Assembly (NCBI GenBank): GCA_965218585.1 | Contig: CBDCLE010000003.1 | Location: 1-64,000 of the forward strand | Reading direction: 5' to 3' | Length of the DNA stretch: 64,000 bases | Origin: Terriglobia bacterium | GTDB taxonomy: Bacteria; Acidobacteriota; Terriglobia; 20CM-2-55-15 | In this document: positions 40,126 to 49,941 of the stretch, piece by piece | Numbering within the stretch: the first letter of the stretch is position 1 | How the letters are laid out: each line of letters opens with the position of its first letter | Notes under the pieces: generated by a model | What the model was told of the DNA's origin: nothing | Databases searched by the model: none | The model's input: only the letters and a program-made list of their open reading frames with translations | Position numbers and translations under genes: made by a program

Positions 40126-41490
40126 GAGGTCGTTCCAATCGGTGTGTAAAAAGAGAAGGCGGTGTACGCTTTCGGTGAATTCGAAACCGTAAGCAATCCC
40201 GGCAGCAATCGGGAGAAAGGTACACCACCCATGAAGAAGAAGAACATACCGGCATCAGTGGCGTCAACGAACGCGTATGAAGGTTTGGAGGACTGGGCGC
40301 GATCCCGGGTCCAAGTCTGGCTACAGGAGCTGCTCGAGGACGAAGTCACTCAATTTCTGGGTCGGGAAAAGTTGGAGCGGAGTCCGAATCGACGAGGATA
40401 CCGGAACGGTCACGGGAAACCGCGACGCTTCGCAATGATGAACGGTACGATGGAGGTTCGACGACCTCGGGTTTGAAACACCGCCGAGCGGTTCGAGAGT
40501 CAGATCCTGCCGTATTTTCGACGGAAATCGAAACAGCTGGGCGAGCTACTTCCCGATCTCTACCTCCACGGTCTGGCCACAGGGGACTTCGAGCAGGCCA
40601 TGCGCGGACTGCTTGGCGCTGGCGCTCCGTTGTCGCGAGCATCGATCCAACGACTGAAATCGACCTGGCAGTTGGAGTATGACGAGTGGGTCCAGCAGGA
40701 CCTGTCCGGCCTCGAGGTCGTGTACCAGTGGGCAGACGGCTTGTACGTGAAAGCGGGGATCGCGAAAGAGCGAGCGGCATTGCTGGTGATCATCGGAGCC
40801 TTGTCAGACGGGCGCAAAGTGGTGTTGGCCTGTGAGAGCGGGCAGCGGGAAAGCAAGGAGTCCTGGAGCCGCATTCTGCGCAATCTCCAGAGACGGGGCC
40901 TGAAGCTGGGACGGCTGACTGTCGCGGACGGTCACCTGGGCATCTGGTCCGCGCTGGCCGAGCAACAGCCCCAGGGCCAGGAACAACGCTGCTGGAACCA
41001 CAAGTCGATCAACGTGGTCGATCATCTGCCGAAGACCGAGCAGCCCGCGGCCAGACAGCTGCTTCATGGGATGGCCTTCGCGAACTCCCGCGCGGTCTGC
41101 GAACGAAAGCGGGATCAGTTCGTCCGCCGATATGAGAAGAACTATCCCAAAGCGGGTGAGACGCTGTTGCGGGACTGGGACCGGATGATTACTTTCTATG
41201 AGTTCCCGAAACAACACTGGGTGCATCTTAGAACGACCAACATCGTCGAATCGCCCTTCGACATGGTTCGCCTCCGCACCAACGCCGCTCGCCGATTCAA
41301 GCGTGTCGAGAATGCAACGGCAATAATCTGGAAGCTACTACGTGTCGCTGAGAAGGCTTGGTGACACTTAAAAGGATCCGAACTCTTACAAGAGGTCTAT
41401 GATGGTCAGCAATTCGCTGACGGCATCAGAGTCGTGATGAAATCGAAGGCCGCCGCCTGATGACTTTTACACACCTTTTGTAATGACCTC
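40126..41490 (+). mobile_element. IS256-family insertion sequence
   Basis: Imperfect IRs GAGGTCGTTCCAATCGGTGTGTAAAA / TTTTACACACCTTTTGTAATGACCTC; 8-bp target duplication AAAACCTC at 40118 and 41491. Confidence 0.92.
40231..41460 (+). pseudogene. IS256-family transposase with two in-frame TGA
   Basis: GYRNG, WADG, VADG, QRCWNHK, LRTTNIVES in one frame; TGA at 40474 and 41362. Confidence 0.88.
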
Positions 41491-41816
41491 AAAACCTCTC
41501 GTTTCTCTGCCACCCAGCGCTCGAAAAAAACGTCGAGTACGTGTATATCAGTACAACCGAGATACTCCAGAATCCAGGCAAGCATCGCGCCGTTACGGCC
41601 ATCGTACGAATCGTAAATTACCGGGGTGGTTTGGGTATCCAGGCCGGCAGCGCCAACCCATTGTTTGAGCTTGTCCCCCGGCAAGAGTTTGGCTTCTGTA
41701 TCAAGAGCCCTGAAAGCGGGGAGATTCACGGCGTTCTTAAGGTGACCCTGAAGGTACTTCATGGGCCTCCTGGGGTCCAGCAGCCGGATGGCTGATGAAT
41801 CAACCTGTTCTTCTAC

Positions 41817-43284
41817 TACTACTGTGTTACAAACGGTCTATTTTATGTTAGCATCCGGTCATGAGCGCCAAATCGAAGGCGCCAGGCACTCAGGAAAAAC
41901 GTTTTGCGGCCTATTTGGAACGCCTGGCGTCGGCCGCAGGACACGCCGATCGTCATGAACCGTTGAAGTCGTACTGCACCGGGTTGTTGCTGCCGATCAA
42001 ACGTAAGAGTGTGGAGCCGATGGCTGCACGATTGGCTCCGGATAATGTACGCCGAATGCACCAGTCGCTACATCATCTGGTCGCGGATGCGCCCTGGGAC
42101 GATGCGGCTCTGTTGGCAGAAGTTCGACAGTACGCGCTGGGGGCGATGGAAGCCAACGGTCCGATTGAAGCCTGGATTGTCGACGACACCGGATTCGTGA
42201 AAAAGGGGACCCACTCGGTGGGTGTGGCCCGGCAATACTGTGGACAGGTCGGCAAACCTGAGAACTGCCGGGTGGCGGTGAGCCTGTCGGTGGCGACAGC
42301 GAAATCCAGCTTGCCGGTGGCATGGCGACTCTACCTCCCCGAGACCTGGGCGAAGGATCCGGAACGTCGAAGCAAAGCCGCTATTCCCGAAGACGTTCGA
42401 TTTCAAACTAAACCTCAAATTGCTTTGGAACAAATCCGGCAGGCCGTCGATGACGGCATTGCTCCGGCACCGGTTCTGGGCGATACGGCCTACGGCAACA
42501 ACTACAAGTTCCGGCACGGCATCACCGAACTCGGACTTAGCTACGTCCTAGGGGTGCAAGGCACCACGACCGTGTGGAAACCGGGCCAGGGTCCCTTGCC
42601 GCCGAAATCCTTGACCGGCCGCGGACGGACACCGACCCGCATGCAGCGCAACAAGAAACATCAACCGGTTTCGGTCAAGCAACTGGCCCTCTCGTTGTCT
42701 CCCCAGCGTTGGAAGAACGTCTCCTGGCGCGAAGGCACCTCCGAGACCCTGCGTTCCCGTTTCGCCGCAGTTCGCATTCGTCCCGCTCATCTGGATCACG
42801 AGCGCCACTCGCCGCATCCGAAAGAGTGGTTGTTGGTCGAGTGGCCCAAGACCGCATCCGAACCGATCCGGTACTGGCTCTCCACTCTTGGGGCCCATAC
42901 CTCGCTTTCCGATCTGGCCGGTCAGGCCAAACAGCGCTGGATCATCGAACGCGACTATCAGGAACTCAAGCAGGAACTCGGTCTGGGACACTACGAAGGT
43001 CGCGGCTGGCGTGGATTTCACCATCATGGCACCTTATGTATTGCCTCTTATGGGTTCCTGGTCGCCGAGCGGAGCCGTTTTTCCCCCTCTGCATTTGTCG
43101 AGCATGTTGGACTATCCGTCCCCAAACTCCCCAAACACTTCAAACCCCGCGGAACCCCGGATCCGGCCCGAACGACATAACCCCTGCTCGATTGCCACGC
43201 TTCGCATTCGCATCGCCCGCTTCCTGATTCAGCAGCTTCCTCGTTGTCCGTTCTGTGGACCGCTTCGTTTGTAACACAGTAGTA
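41817..43284 (+). mobile_element. IS701-family insertion sequence
   Basis: Perfect 19-bp IR TACTACTGTGTTACAAACG; 4-bp target duplication CTAC at 41813 and 43285. Confidence 0.93.
41861..43180 (+). CDS. IS701-family transposase (intact)
   Basis: IVDDTGFVKKGTHSVGVARQYCG, GDTAYG, RWIIERDYQELKQELGLGHYEGRGW. Confidence 0.95.
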   Translation: MSAKSKAPGTQEKRFAAYLERLASAAGHADRHEPLKSYCTGLLLPIKRKSVEPMAARLAPDNVRRMHQSLHHLVADAPWDDAALLAEVRQYALGAMEANGPIEAWIVDDTGFVKKGTHSVGVARQYCGQVGKPENCRVAVSLSVATAKSSLPVAWRLYLPETWAKDPERRSKAAIPEDVRFQTKPQIALEQIRQAVDDGIAPAPVLGDTAYGNNYKFRHGITELGLSYVLGVQGTTTVWKPGQGPLPPKSLTGRGRTPTRMQRNKKHQPVSVKQLALSLSPQRWKNVSWREGTSETLRSRFAAVRIRPAHLDHERHSPHPKEWLLVEWPKTASEPIRYWLSTLGAHTSLSDLAGQAKQRWIIERDYQELKQELGLGHYEGRGWRGFHHHGTLCIASYGFLVAERSRFSPSAFVEHVGLSVPKLPKHFKPRGTPDPARTT

Positions 43285-43330
43285 CTACCCACTCCGCCGT
43301 AACAAAAATCGCCATTTATGTTTCTATCCG

Positions 43331-43366
43331 CCTCATCCCAGTCCTCTCACTCTCGAGGGGAGAGGA
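43331..43366. repeat. CCTCTC...GAGAGG hairpin (REP-like)
   Basis: CCTCATCCCAGTCCTCTCACTCTCGAGGGGAGAGGA in the OsmC-rhodanese spacer; single copy in this window. Confidence 0.35.
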
Positions 43367-43500
43367 TTTTGGAGTAGGTGAATACGCCCCAATCGCGAGG
43401 GGAAGCCTCTTCTAACAGGAATATCTGATTCTGCATGGAATGCAGATAGGCACCAGAGGCAAAAACTGAAGTTTTCCGCTATTTTCCTCTGTCTCTGTCC

Positions 43501-44031
43501 CTAGAGGGCTTCGAATTCGGCAATGATCTCGGTCTCACGTGCCACGGTCTGCGTTACCGGAGACCCCTCGACCGCTGCCTTCCAGATCTCGCGTAGGGCC
43601 GCTTCGCTGGCATCGGCCTTGATAAACACTTTGGCTTTGATCGAAGGATAGCCAGGGTTACCTGTCGTGCTGTGGCCAGCCCACTTCAGGATATTGTCAA
43701 AATGACCTTCCAGGGCGATCTCCAGATCGTGAATCTTGATCCCACGCTTGGTGGCATTCAGAACAAACCCGACCGTCATGCAGCTGCCTACAGCCGACAG
43801 CACATGTTCATGGGCGCTGGCGGCCACATCGCTGGCATCCAGCCCCTCTGGTTCGTCCATTTCCACCGAGTGCTTTCTCATGTAGGCTGTGGCCCTGAAC
43901 CCTCCCTTCCATACCACCCGCGACGTCCACGGACCGGTCACGCCTTTCAGGACTTCCGGGTCATCCCGTATCGAGTCCAGGATGGCCTGGAGCTTCTCTG
44001 GACGCAAACCGTTCAGTTCTTTTTCTGCCAT
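43501..44031 (-). CDS. OsmC-like protein (single Cys)
   Basis: DEPEGL, LSAVGSCM, PGY, GSPV in place of CPV; GGAGG RBS. Confidence 0.82.
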   Translation of the reverse strand: MAEKELNGLRPEKLQAILDSIRDDPEVLKGVTGPWTSRVVWKGGFRATAYMRKHSVEMDEPEGLDASDVAASAHEHVLSAVGSCMTVGFVLNATKRGIKIHDLEIALEGHFDNILKWAGHSTTGNPGYPSIKAKVFIKADASEAALREIWKAAVEGSPVTQTVARETEIIAEFEAL

Positions 44032-44059
44032 CTCGATCCCCTCCCTTCGTGCATATTGG

Positions 44060-45229
44060 CTAAGCAAACTCCCTGCGCAACCTCTTGGCGGCCTCACTTA
44101 CAGCCTTCAGCTTGAGGTAAGCCGTCTCCGGGGTGTTTACACACCGCTCGGCAAAAGTGCCAAAACCGCAGTCAGGATTCAGATAAATTTTTTCTGGATC
44201 AAAAAAGGCCAGCACTTCTTTAACTTTTCCCACAATGGCCTCCGGTTCTTCTACTTCCTCGGTGCGTGGATTCACCACTCCCAGGCCCAACTCCTTCTCG
44301 TTGCGATATTCCTTGAAGACTTCCAGCTCTCCGGCCCGCGGCGTAGCCATTTCCAACACCAGCTGATCAACGTTCATTTGCATGAGATAAGGCAGTAATG
44401 GTCCGTAGTTACCGCTGAGCAACACGTCTTCTTTCCGGCTCCAGTTTCCCCGGCACACGTGCACGCCTAGTTTAATCCCTTCGATACCCTCCACCGTTTC
44501 GTTCATCAGGCGCACCGCAAACTCTAACTCTTCAGTCGGATCCCTTCGTGAGCCCAGCGCCGCGCACATGAACGTTTCCCCGGCCTCATCGCCATAGACC
44601 ACCTGTGAGAGAGAGGGCTCGTCAAACTGAATGAAGTCCACCCCCAGTTCTGTAAGCGCGGCCACCTCCTGCCGCAGAATCTTGACCACGTCCGTAGCCA
44701 ACTCGTCCTGCGTGGCATACGCCTCGTCCGATAAGCCCTCAAACCAGCTCGAGCGCGTCAGCAAGTAGGGGCCGGGCAGGGTTATCTTCGTCTGACGCGT
44801 TGTATGCTGCTTCAGGTAATCTAGCTCATCCAGCGTCAGGCCTTCCCGTTCGCCGATTTTGTCTACGGCGATCGGGCTTTTGATGGCAAAGGCCGGCACG
44901 TCCAGAGCCCGCAGCACTTCCTCAAAGCTGGCCCTGTCCTTCATGTAGTCCATGAGGTCCGAGAGCTTCATCAGCTTCATGCCTGACACCTTTTCCACCA
45001 CAAAGGAGTAGAAGTTGTCCCGTCTCATCTCGCCGTCAGTGATGATATCCACGTCGGCATCTTCTTGGTATTTGATGGCGGCCAACACTGCTTCGTCGGC
45101 GATGCGGTTAAACTCAGCGCTGGACAGCTCTCGCGCCTGCCGTTGGCGCAAAGCCTGCACCAGCCAAGCTGGCCTAGACCAGCTTCCGACTACCGTGACT
45201 GGAAATAACTTTGTGCGGGTCACAAGCAA
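44060..45229 (-). CDS. Cobalamin-independent methionine synthase II-like (single catalytic barrel) zinc enzyme
   Basis: TVVGSWSRP, ITDGEMRR, IQFDEP, HVCRGN, LE, LNPDCG; TTG start after GAGGAG. Confidence 0.88.
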   Translation of the reverse strand: MLVTRTKLFPVTVVGSWSRPAWLVQALRQRQARELSSAEFNRIADEAVLAAIKYQEDADVDIITDGEMRRDNFYSFVVEKVSGMKLMKLSDLMDYMKDRASFEEVLRALDVPAFAIKSPIAVDKIGEREGLTLDELDYLKQHTTRQTKITLPGPYLLTRSSWFEGLSDEAYATQDELATDVVKILRQEVAALTELGVDFIQFDEPSLSQVVYGDEAGETFMCAALGSRRDPTEELEFAVRLMNETVEGIEGIKLGVHVCRGNWSRKEDVLLSGNYGPLLPYLMQMNVDQLVLEMATPRAGELEVFKEYRNEKELGLGVVNPRTEEVEEPEAIVGKVKEVLAFFDPEKIYLNPDCGFGTFAERCVNTPETAYLKLKAVSEAAKRLRREFA

Positions 45230-45410
45230 CTCCTCATTTCTACAAAAGTCAGATCAAGAGTCTACACGACAACTCAATGTAGCAAAGGCTTCCAGCTAGC
45301 CTACGGTATGTCTCTTGTTCGGGATGTCCTTCAAGATCCTCCTGCGAGCCGTGATCGGCTAGCAATCGCCTGTGACTATCTCACATTGCGTCATGGACCC
45401 CACGCCAAAC

Positions 45411-45468
45411 ATTGCGAGATGTTTGCGTAGGGTGGGCAAGTTGCTCTGATAAGAAGATCGAGCTCCGG
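45411..45468 (-). promoter_or_regulatory. Promoter-like repeat, copy 2
   Basis: Minus strand TTGCCC-17 nt-CGCAAT; direct repeat of 39582-39634. Confidence 0.5.
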
Positions 45469-45655
45469 CTTTTTTCTTTAACTTGCCGTTTTGATTGACC
45501 TCAAATCCTACCTGTAGTCTGATTTACCCGATGAAACGCACAGCCGGGACACTACGAAATCATCACACTCCCGGTTAATGACGGTAGGCGCGAAGTCTGG
45601 GCGTCCGAGGGATACCGAACTCGGGCGTCGAGAAAATGCCACAGGAGAACGAGAC

Positions 45656-46610
45656 ATGAGCTCAATGTTTCACCACCTTGTTAGAGCGGGCCGAATAATA
45701 ATATGTGTCGCGGTGTTGTTCACGCTCGTCCCTTTATCCACCAACGCACAGGAAACTGAAGCGCCCGATGAAGGCATCATAAAAGTCACTCTGCTCGGTG
45801 TTGGCGGCGGACCCGAAGGTGGCCTTTTCGGACCCACTGATCTCGGCATCAATATTTCCACGTTGGTTGAGATTGAGGATGTTGCTTTCCTGTTCGATGC
45901 GGGTCGCGGCGCCGCCGAGCAGATAGCCAAGCTTGGCAAGAGTTATTTCGAGAAGGTCGACAAGGTCTATCTCACGCACCTGCATGGCGACCATAATGTG
46001 GGTGTTCCCGACTTGTGGTTGTTCCCGGTTCGAACGAACCAGAGGACAGTACCCCTGCAAGTATTTGGCCCGGCGGGCACCAAAGACATGTCCGATCATA
46101 TATTTGCGGCGTTCGAATACAATATGCTCTATAACAGCAATTTATCCGCCGAAGCTTCGCGTCTCATAGGCACAGACATCACACAAGGTGTCGTGTATAA
46201 CCAGGACGGCATCACGATTACCGCCTTTGACGTGGACCACACTCCTCCCCGTGATCGTGACAATCATGAACAATTTCCGGCCCTGGGGTTCCGCGTAGAC
46301 TACAGTGGCCGTTCCGTTGTCATTTCCGGTGACACACGCTTTTCAGAGAACCTCATCGAATATTCTCAGGGTGTCGACGTGCTCATTCATGAGGTTGGCG
46401 GCGGCGGTGGTGGTGGCCGAGGCGGCTGAGCTGTTTAACCGCGTGCAACCAAAACTGGCGGTCTATTCCCATATTTTCATTGGCCAAGATCAACGTCTGA
46501 CGGACCAAACTCGGAACGCCAATTATGAAGGCCCTCTCTTGGTTGGCCATGAAATGGATGTCATCATGATTGGTGAAGACGTCACCACAACACGCTTGGG
46601 GGACAATTGA
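45656..46610 (+). pseudogene. Secreted RNase Z/AtsA-like MBL protein with internal deletion/frameshift
   Basis: TLLG, FDAG, THLHGDH, DH, SGDT, LIHE; frame breaks at 46415-46429 and resumes AEAAELF...PKLAVYSH. Confidence 0.78.
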
Positions 46611-47650
46611 TCTTGGGTCACTTTTTCAGGAGACATGGTCTTTGCGTGGGAATGTGGTTGCTGCTATCGCCGGCCGTCACGTTCGCGCACCATTCAATAG
46701 ATGCGTTTTTCGATCGAGCCACAGTTTCGGAGCTGGAGGGCACGATAACGCAGATCGTCTGGCGGAATCCACACGTCGGCTTTGTGCTTCTAACGGGTAG
46801 CGGAGCCAGTGGCGAGCAATGGGCGCTCCACGGTGCGGCGATAAATAGGTTGGAGCGGGGCGGTATTGCTCAAGAAGTTTTTGGTGTCGGTGACCGAGTT
46901 CGCGTAGCGGGCTGGCCCGACAAGCGCGGCAGGAACGCGATGTTCGTGACGAACATGCTTTTACCCGGCGGTAACGAGTTACGGATGTATCCTGGCCGTG
47001 GGCAGCCGGCGAGGTGGACCGAAGACAGGGAGTCCGGGGAGATCGACATCGTTGACCTATCAGATTCCGAGAGTCGCGGCCGAGGTATCTTCCGGGTCTG
47101 GACTCTGGATGGACCCTTTCGAAACAGTACCCGGGAGCCACTGGTACTTACGGAGGCAGCTGTAACCGCAAGAGAGGCTTGGGATCCTCTGACTGACGAT
47201 CCTTCGCTTCGCTGTGTTCCGCCCGGTCTGCCGAACGCCATGCTCAGTCCCTTTCCTTTCGAGTTTATCGACAGGGGAGACACCATTCGCATGCGCGTTG
47301 AAGAATGGGACGCAATACGCACCATACATATGACATCAGAGCAAGACCCTGAAGATGTGATGCCCAGCCCCATGGGTCATTCAGTTGGAAGATGGGAAGG
47401 GCGCACACTGGTTGTAGACACGAGCCGCATCAATTGGCCGCTTCTCGACGGCGATGGAACCCCGCAGAGCGAAGATGTAAAGATAGTAGAGAGATTCACG
47501 CTGAGCGAAGACGAAAGCCACTTAAGCTTCGAAATCACAGCAACCGATCCTCGGTACATGGCGGAACCCGCAATCTGGGATCTGCGTTACGTTTGGAATC
47601 CGAACGTCGACATCAAGCCTTTCGATTGCGCATTCGAACCGGCAAACTAA
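46607..47650 (+). CDS. Module H + module C fusion
   Basis: TFA-HHS, WRNPH; DDPSLRCVPPGLP, GHSVGRWEGRTLVVDT, PFDC. Confidence 0.83.
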   Translation: MILGHFFRRHGLCVGMWLLLSPAVTFAHHSIDAFFDRATVSELEGTITQIVWRNPHVGFVLLTGSGASGEQWALHGAAINRLERGGIAQEVFGVGDRVRVAGWPDKRGRNAMFVTNMLLPGGNELRMYPGRGQPARWTEDRESGEIDIVDLSDSESRGRGIFRVWTLDGPFRNSTREPLVLTEAAVTAREAWDPLTDDPSLRCVPPGLPNAMLSPFPFEFIDRGDTIRMRVEEWDAIRTIHMTSEQDPEDVMPSPMGHSVGRWEGRTLVVDTSRINWPLLDGDGTPQSEDVKIVERFTLSEDESHLSFEITATDPRYMAEPAIWDLRYVWNPNVDIKPFDCAFEPAN

Positions 47651-47679
47651 CGCGCCTTGAAAAGCGGGCTAAGGGGAGT

Positions 47680-48117
47680 TCACTGCGATGACGTGTCGGG
47701 GAGTCCGCGCATACGCGCCACCACACGGTCGAGACTCAGCATACCCGACCCCCTGGAAGCCACGTACAGGAAGAAGAAGCAGTTGAAGATTGCAGACTCG
47801 CCGAGGATGATCGGCGGTCGGTAGATGGGCAGGATCGCGAACGGGTACTGCCGCAGGAAGTATGCAGCGGCCATGTGCCCGCTGCAGATGAACGCGGCCG
47901 AACTCGCATAGAGGCCAGTCATGATCATGAAACCGCCGATCGTCTCGATGACTCCGGAGACGCCCAGTAGCGAAAGCGGTTCGACCGGTCCTCCACCGCG
48001 CGCGCCTGGCGGCCACCCGAACAGTTTCGTAGTCCCGTGCATCCAGTACATCATCCCGACGACGATGCGCGTCGTGGCGTAGATCAGTTCCGAGTACCTG
48101 TTGAGGAATCTATCCAC
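47680..48117 (-). CDS. DoxX-family membrane protein
   Basis: RIVVG..HGTTKLFGWP, IETIGG, MAAAYF, GSGMLSLD. Confidence 0.85.
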   Translation of the reverse strand: MDRFLNRYSELIYATTRIVVGMMYWMHGTTKLFGWPPGARGGGPVEPLSLLGVSGVIETIGGFMIMTGLYASSAAFICSGHMAAAYFLRQYPFAILPIYRPPIILGESAIFNCFFFLYVASRGSGMLSLDRVVARMRGLPDTSSQ

Positions 48118-48240
48118 AGGCGAAGGTATGGTGTACCAAGTGATGGCTCGTTAAGTTTATTCGTTTTCCGAACGACGTTCTCGGATGCGTTCGACCTCGT
48201 TATCGTATAACTCGCCCGGCAGGGAGCGAACTGGGGCCCT

Positions 48241-49515
48241 CTACCAGACTCCCGGCCACGGCTTGCCCACCAGGAATTCCGGATCGGCGCCTTCCCGGGG
48301 CCGGAACTTCTGGATCCGGCCGTTGTTCACAGAGGCCGTGTAAAAATTGCCCTCCTGGTCGGTGGACATTCCGTGCACGCCCCACATACCGCCCGGATAC
48401 TCACCCCAGCTGCCCCAGGAGTATACGAAGTGCCCCTCCAGGTCATAGCCCAAAATCTTGTGCGTACCCTGATCCGCCGCCCACAGCTTCTGGTCGCTGG
48501 TGACGATGAAGCTGTGAATGTCCATCGGCGGGCGCGGGCCGAAATTCCACTCGTCCAGGTAATTACCGTCCTCGTCGAAGACCTGGACCCGACTGTTGTC
48601 GCGATCGTTGACGTACACCCGCCGCGTCGTGGGGTCAACGGCGATGCCGTGCACGTTGTTCCAGTAGCCGGGCCGGGTCTCGTTCGGCGGGTCGCTGCCC
48701 CGCTCGCCCCACTGCCCAAGGATGTTGCCGTCCATGTCGTACTTGATGACCCGCGTGTTGTCGTACCCGTCGGCCAGGTACATCGTGTTCTTATCCATAA
48801 ACGTCAGAAACGTCGGACGGCGGAGATGATTGTCGTCTTCGCCCGGCTCGCCCGGGACGCCCAGCGTGAGGACCAACTCGCTGCCATCGTTGGTGAATTT
48901 GTGAACCGCATGCCCGTCCGCGTCCACAATCCACACGTGCTTTTCCGGATCGTAAGGGCTGATCTCCACGTCGTGCGGCCGGTACCAGATATCGTCCCAT
49001 TGCGTCCACTCTTCCACGATGTTACCTTCGGCATCCACGACGAGGACACTGTGCTCCCACCGCCAGTCAATGCCCGGTCTGCCCACACCTTCCGCCTCCA
49101 GCCGGTCCCCGTTCGGGATAGAGAGGCCGGCCTGCCGCAGCGGCAGCCGGAAGACGGGGAATTGCAGACCTGCTCCGATCTCGGGTAGCCATACGCTCTG
49201 CGGCCTCTCGTCAAAGAGTGGCAATTCGCCTTTCTGCACCATGAACACCCGGTCCGGGCTTTCGGCAAAGACGTCCATGACAACCGAATAGGTCCAGCCC
49301 TCGTGCCCGGGAAGGCTCTCCGACATCGGTTTCGGCCAGTTCTCGACGACTTCGTACGGCCCGAACATGTCCTGACCGCCTTTCAGTCCCGGAACTGCTG
49401 CGAATCCGGTACCCGCCGGCTGTTGCGCCTCGGCGTCGCCCATTCGGTTGCCCAGCAGGACGATCACCAGGAGACCGCCAAAGATTGCCGCGATCGTTAG
49501 AATACGTTTGTTCAT
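48241..49515 (-). CDS. Secreted NHL-repeat protein (peptidyl-hydroxyglycine lyase-like)
   Basis: YEVVENWPK, RPH, VHKFTNDG, ADGYDNTRV, VHGIA, NDRDNSRVQVFD. Confidence 0.82.
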   Translation of the reverse strand: MNKRILTIAAIFGGLLVIVLLGNRMGDAEAQQPAGTGFAAVPGLKGGQDMFGPYEVVENWPKPMSESLPGHEGWTYSVVMDVFAESPDRVFMVQKGELPLFDERPQSVWLPEIGAGLQFPVFRLPLRQAGLSIPNGDRLEAEGVGRPGIDWRWEHSVLVVDAEGNIVEEWTQWDDIWYRPHDVEISPYDPEKHVWIVDADGHAVHKFTNDGSELVLTLGVPGEPGEDDNHLRRPTFLTFMDKNTMYLADGYDNTRVIKYDMDGNILGQWGERGSDPPNETRPGYWNNVHGIAVDPTTRRVYVNDRDNSRVQVFDEDGNYLDEWNFGPRPPMDIHSFIVTSDQKLWAADQGTHKILGYDLEGHFVYSWGSWGEYPGGMWGVHGMSTDQEGNFYTASVNNGRIQKFRPREGADPEFLVGKPWPGVW

Positions 49516-49811
49516 GATTTGCCTCCGCTAAACACTCCCCGTTTGAAGCGAACTCGGGATAGATCGGTCGATGTAGATTCTTATTCTTCTTCCGGGTGCT
49601 GCATCTCATCGCTCATCGAATGACAGCGCTCGGCCGAAACCAAGCGGTATAAGAAGCATTCGCGATGGAGAAGGGGTAAGTGTATGGCGATTTCGGGGGC
49701 CCCAGCAAGAGGAATGCGATCCACCGCATCAACTGAAGAGTCAAGAGTGCCTCAGGTAGCAGGGAGATCGGCGGCTTGTAATACGCTCACTCTGCTATGG
49801 GTCGCCTCAAC

Positions 49812-49840
49812 TTGACAATGCCCGTACAGCGCTTCAATAT
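49812..49840 (+). promoter_or_regulatory. Putative sigma70 promoter
   Basis: TTGACA-17 nt-CAATAT about 100 nt upstream of 49942. Confidence 0.4.
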
Positions 49841-49941
49841 CGTCACAAATTAGCAGCGACAGTCATGAGAGAGTCCGTTGCCCGGAGTCGTGGCCGACGG
49901 ACTCGATCGCAAACCCTAACCTTCGCAGAAGAGGTCGTATC

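Larger units (their letters stand above)
39697..43315 (-). pseudogene. Two-domain rhodanese/sulfurtransferase split by two IS elements
   Basis: Removing both IS gives MAIFVTAEWV-EEQVDSSAIRLLDPR..YLQGHLKNAV..REVF-YKPV..DFRS..GHIPKA..YCRTG..LYDGSYAEW. Confidence 0.88.

Noticed and set aside
40474-41364. Programmed readthrough in the IS256 transposase
   Set aside because: Two separate TGA codons at Arg-like positions are more simply nonsense mutations; no Cys-type motif or convincing SECIS was seen.
40126-43284. Composite transposon formed by the two IS
   Set aside because: Different families, each with its own target duplication; the DNA between them is the host rhodanese.
45230-45410. SAM or cobalamin riboswitch upstream of the methionine-synthase-like gene
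   Set aside because: No recognisable consensus by eye; an Rfam/Infernal scan would be needed.
49516-49941. ncRNA in the long divergent intergenic region
   Set aside because: No clear structure or terminator; only a promoter-like motif was seen.
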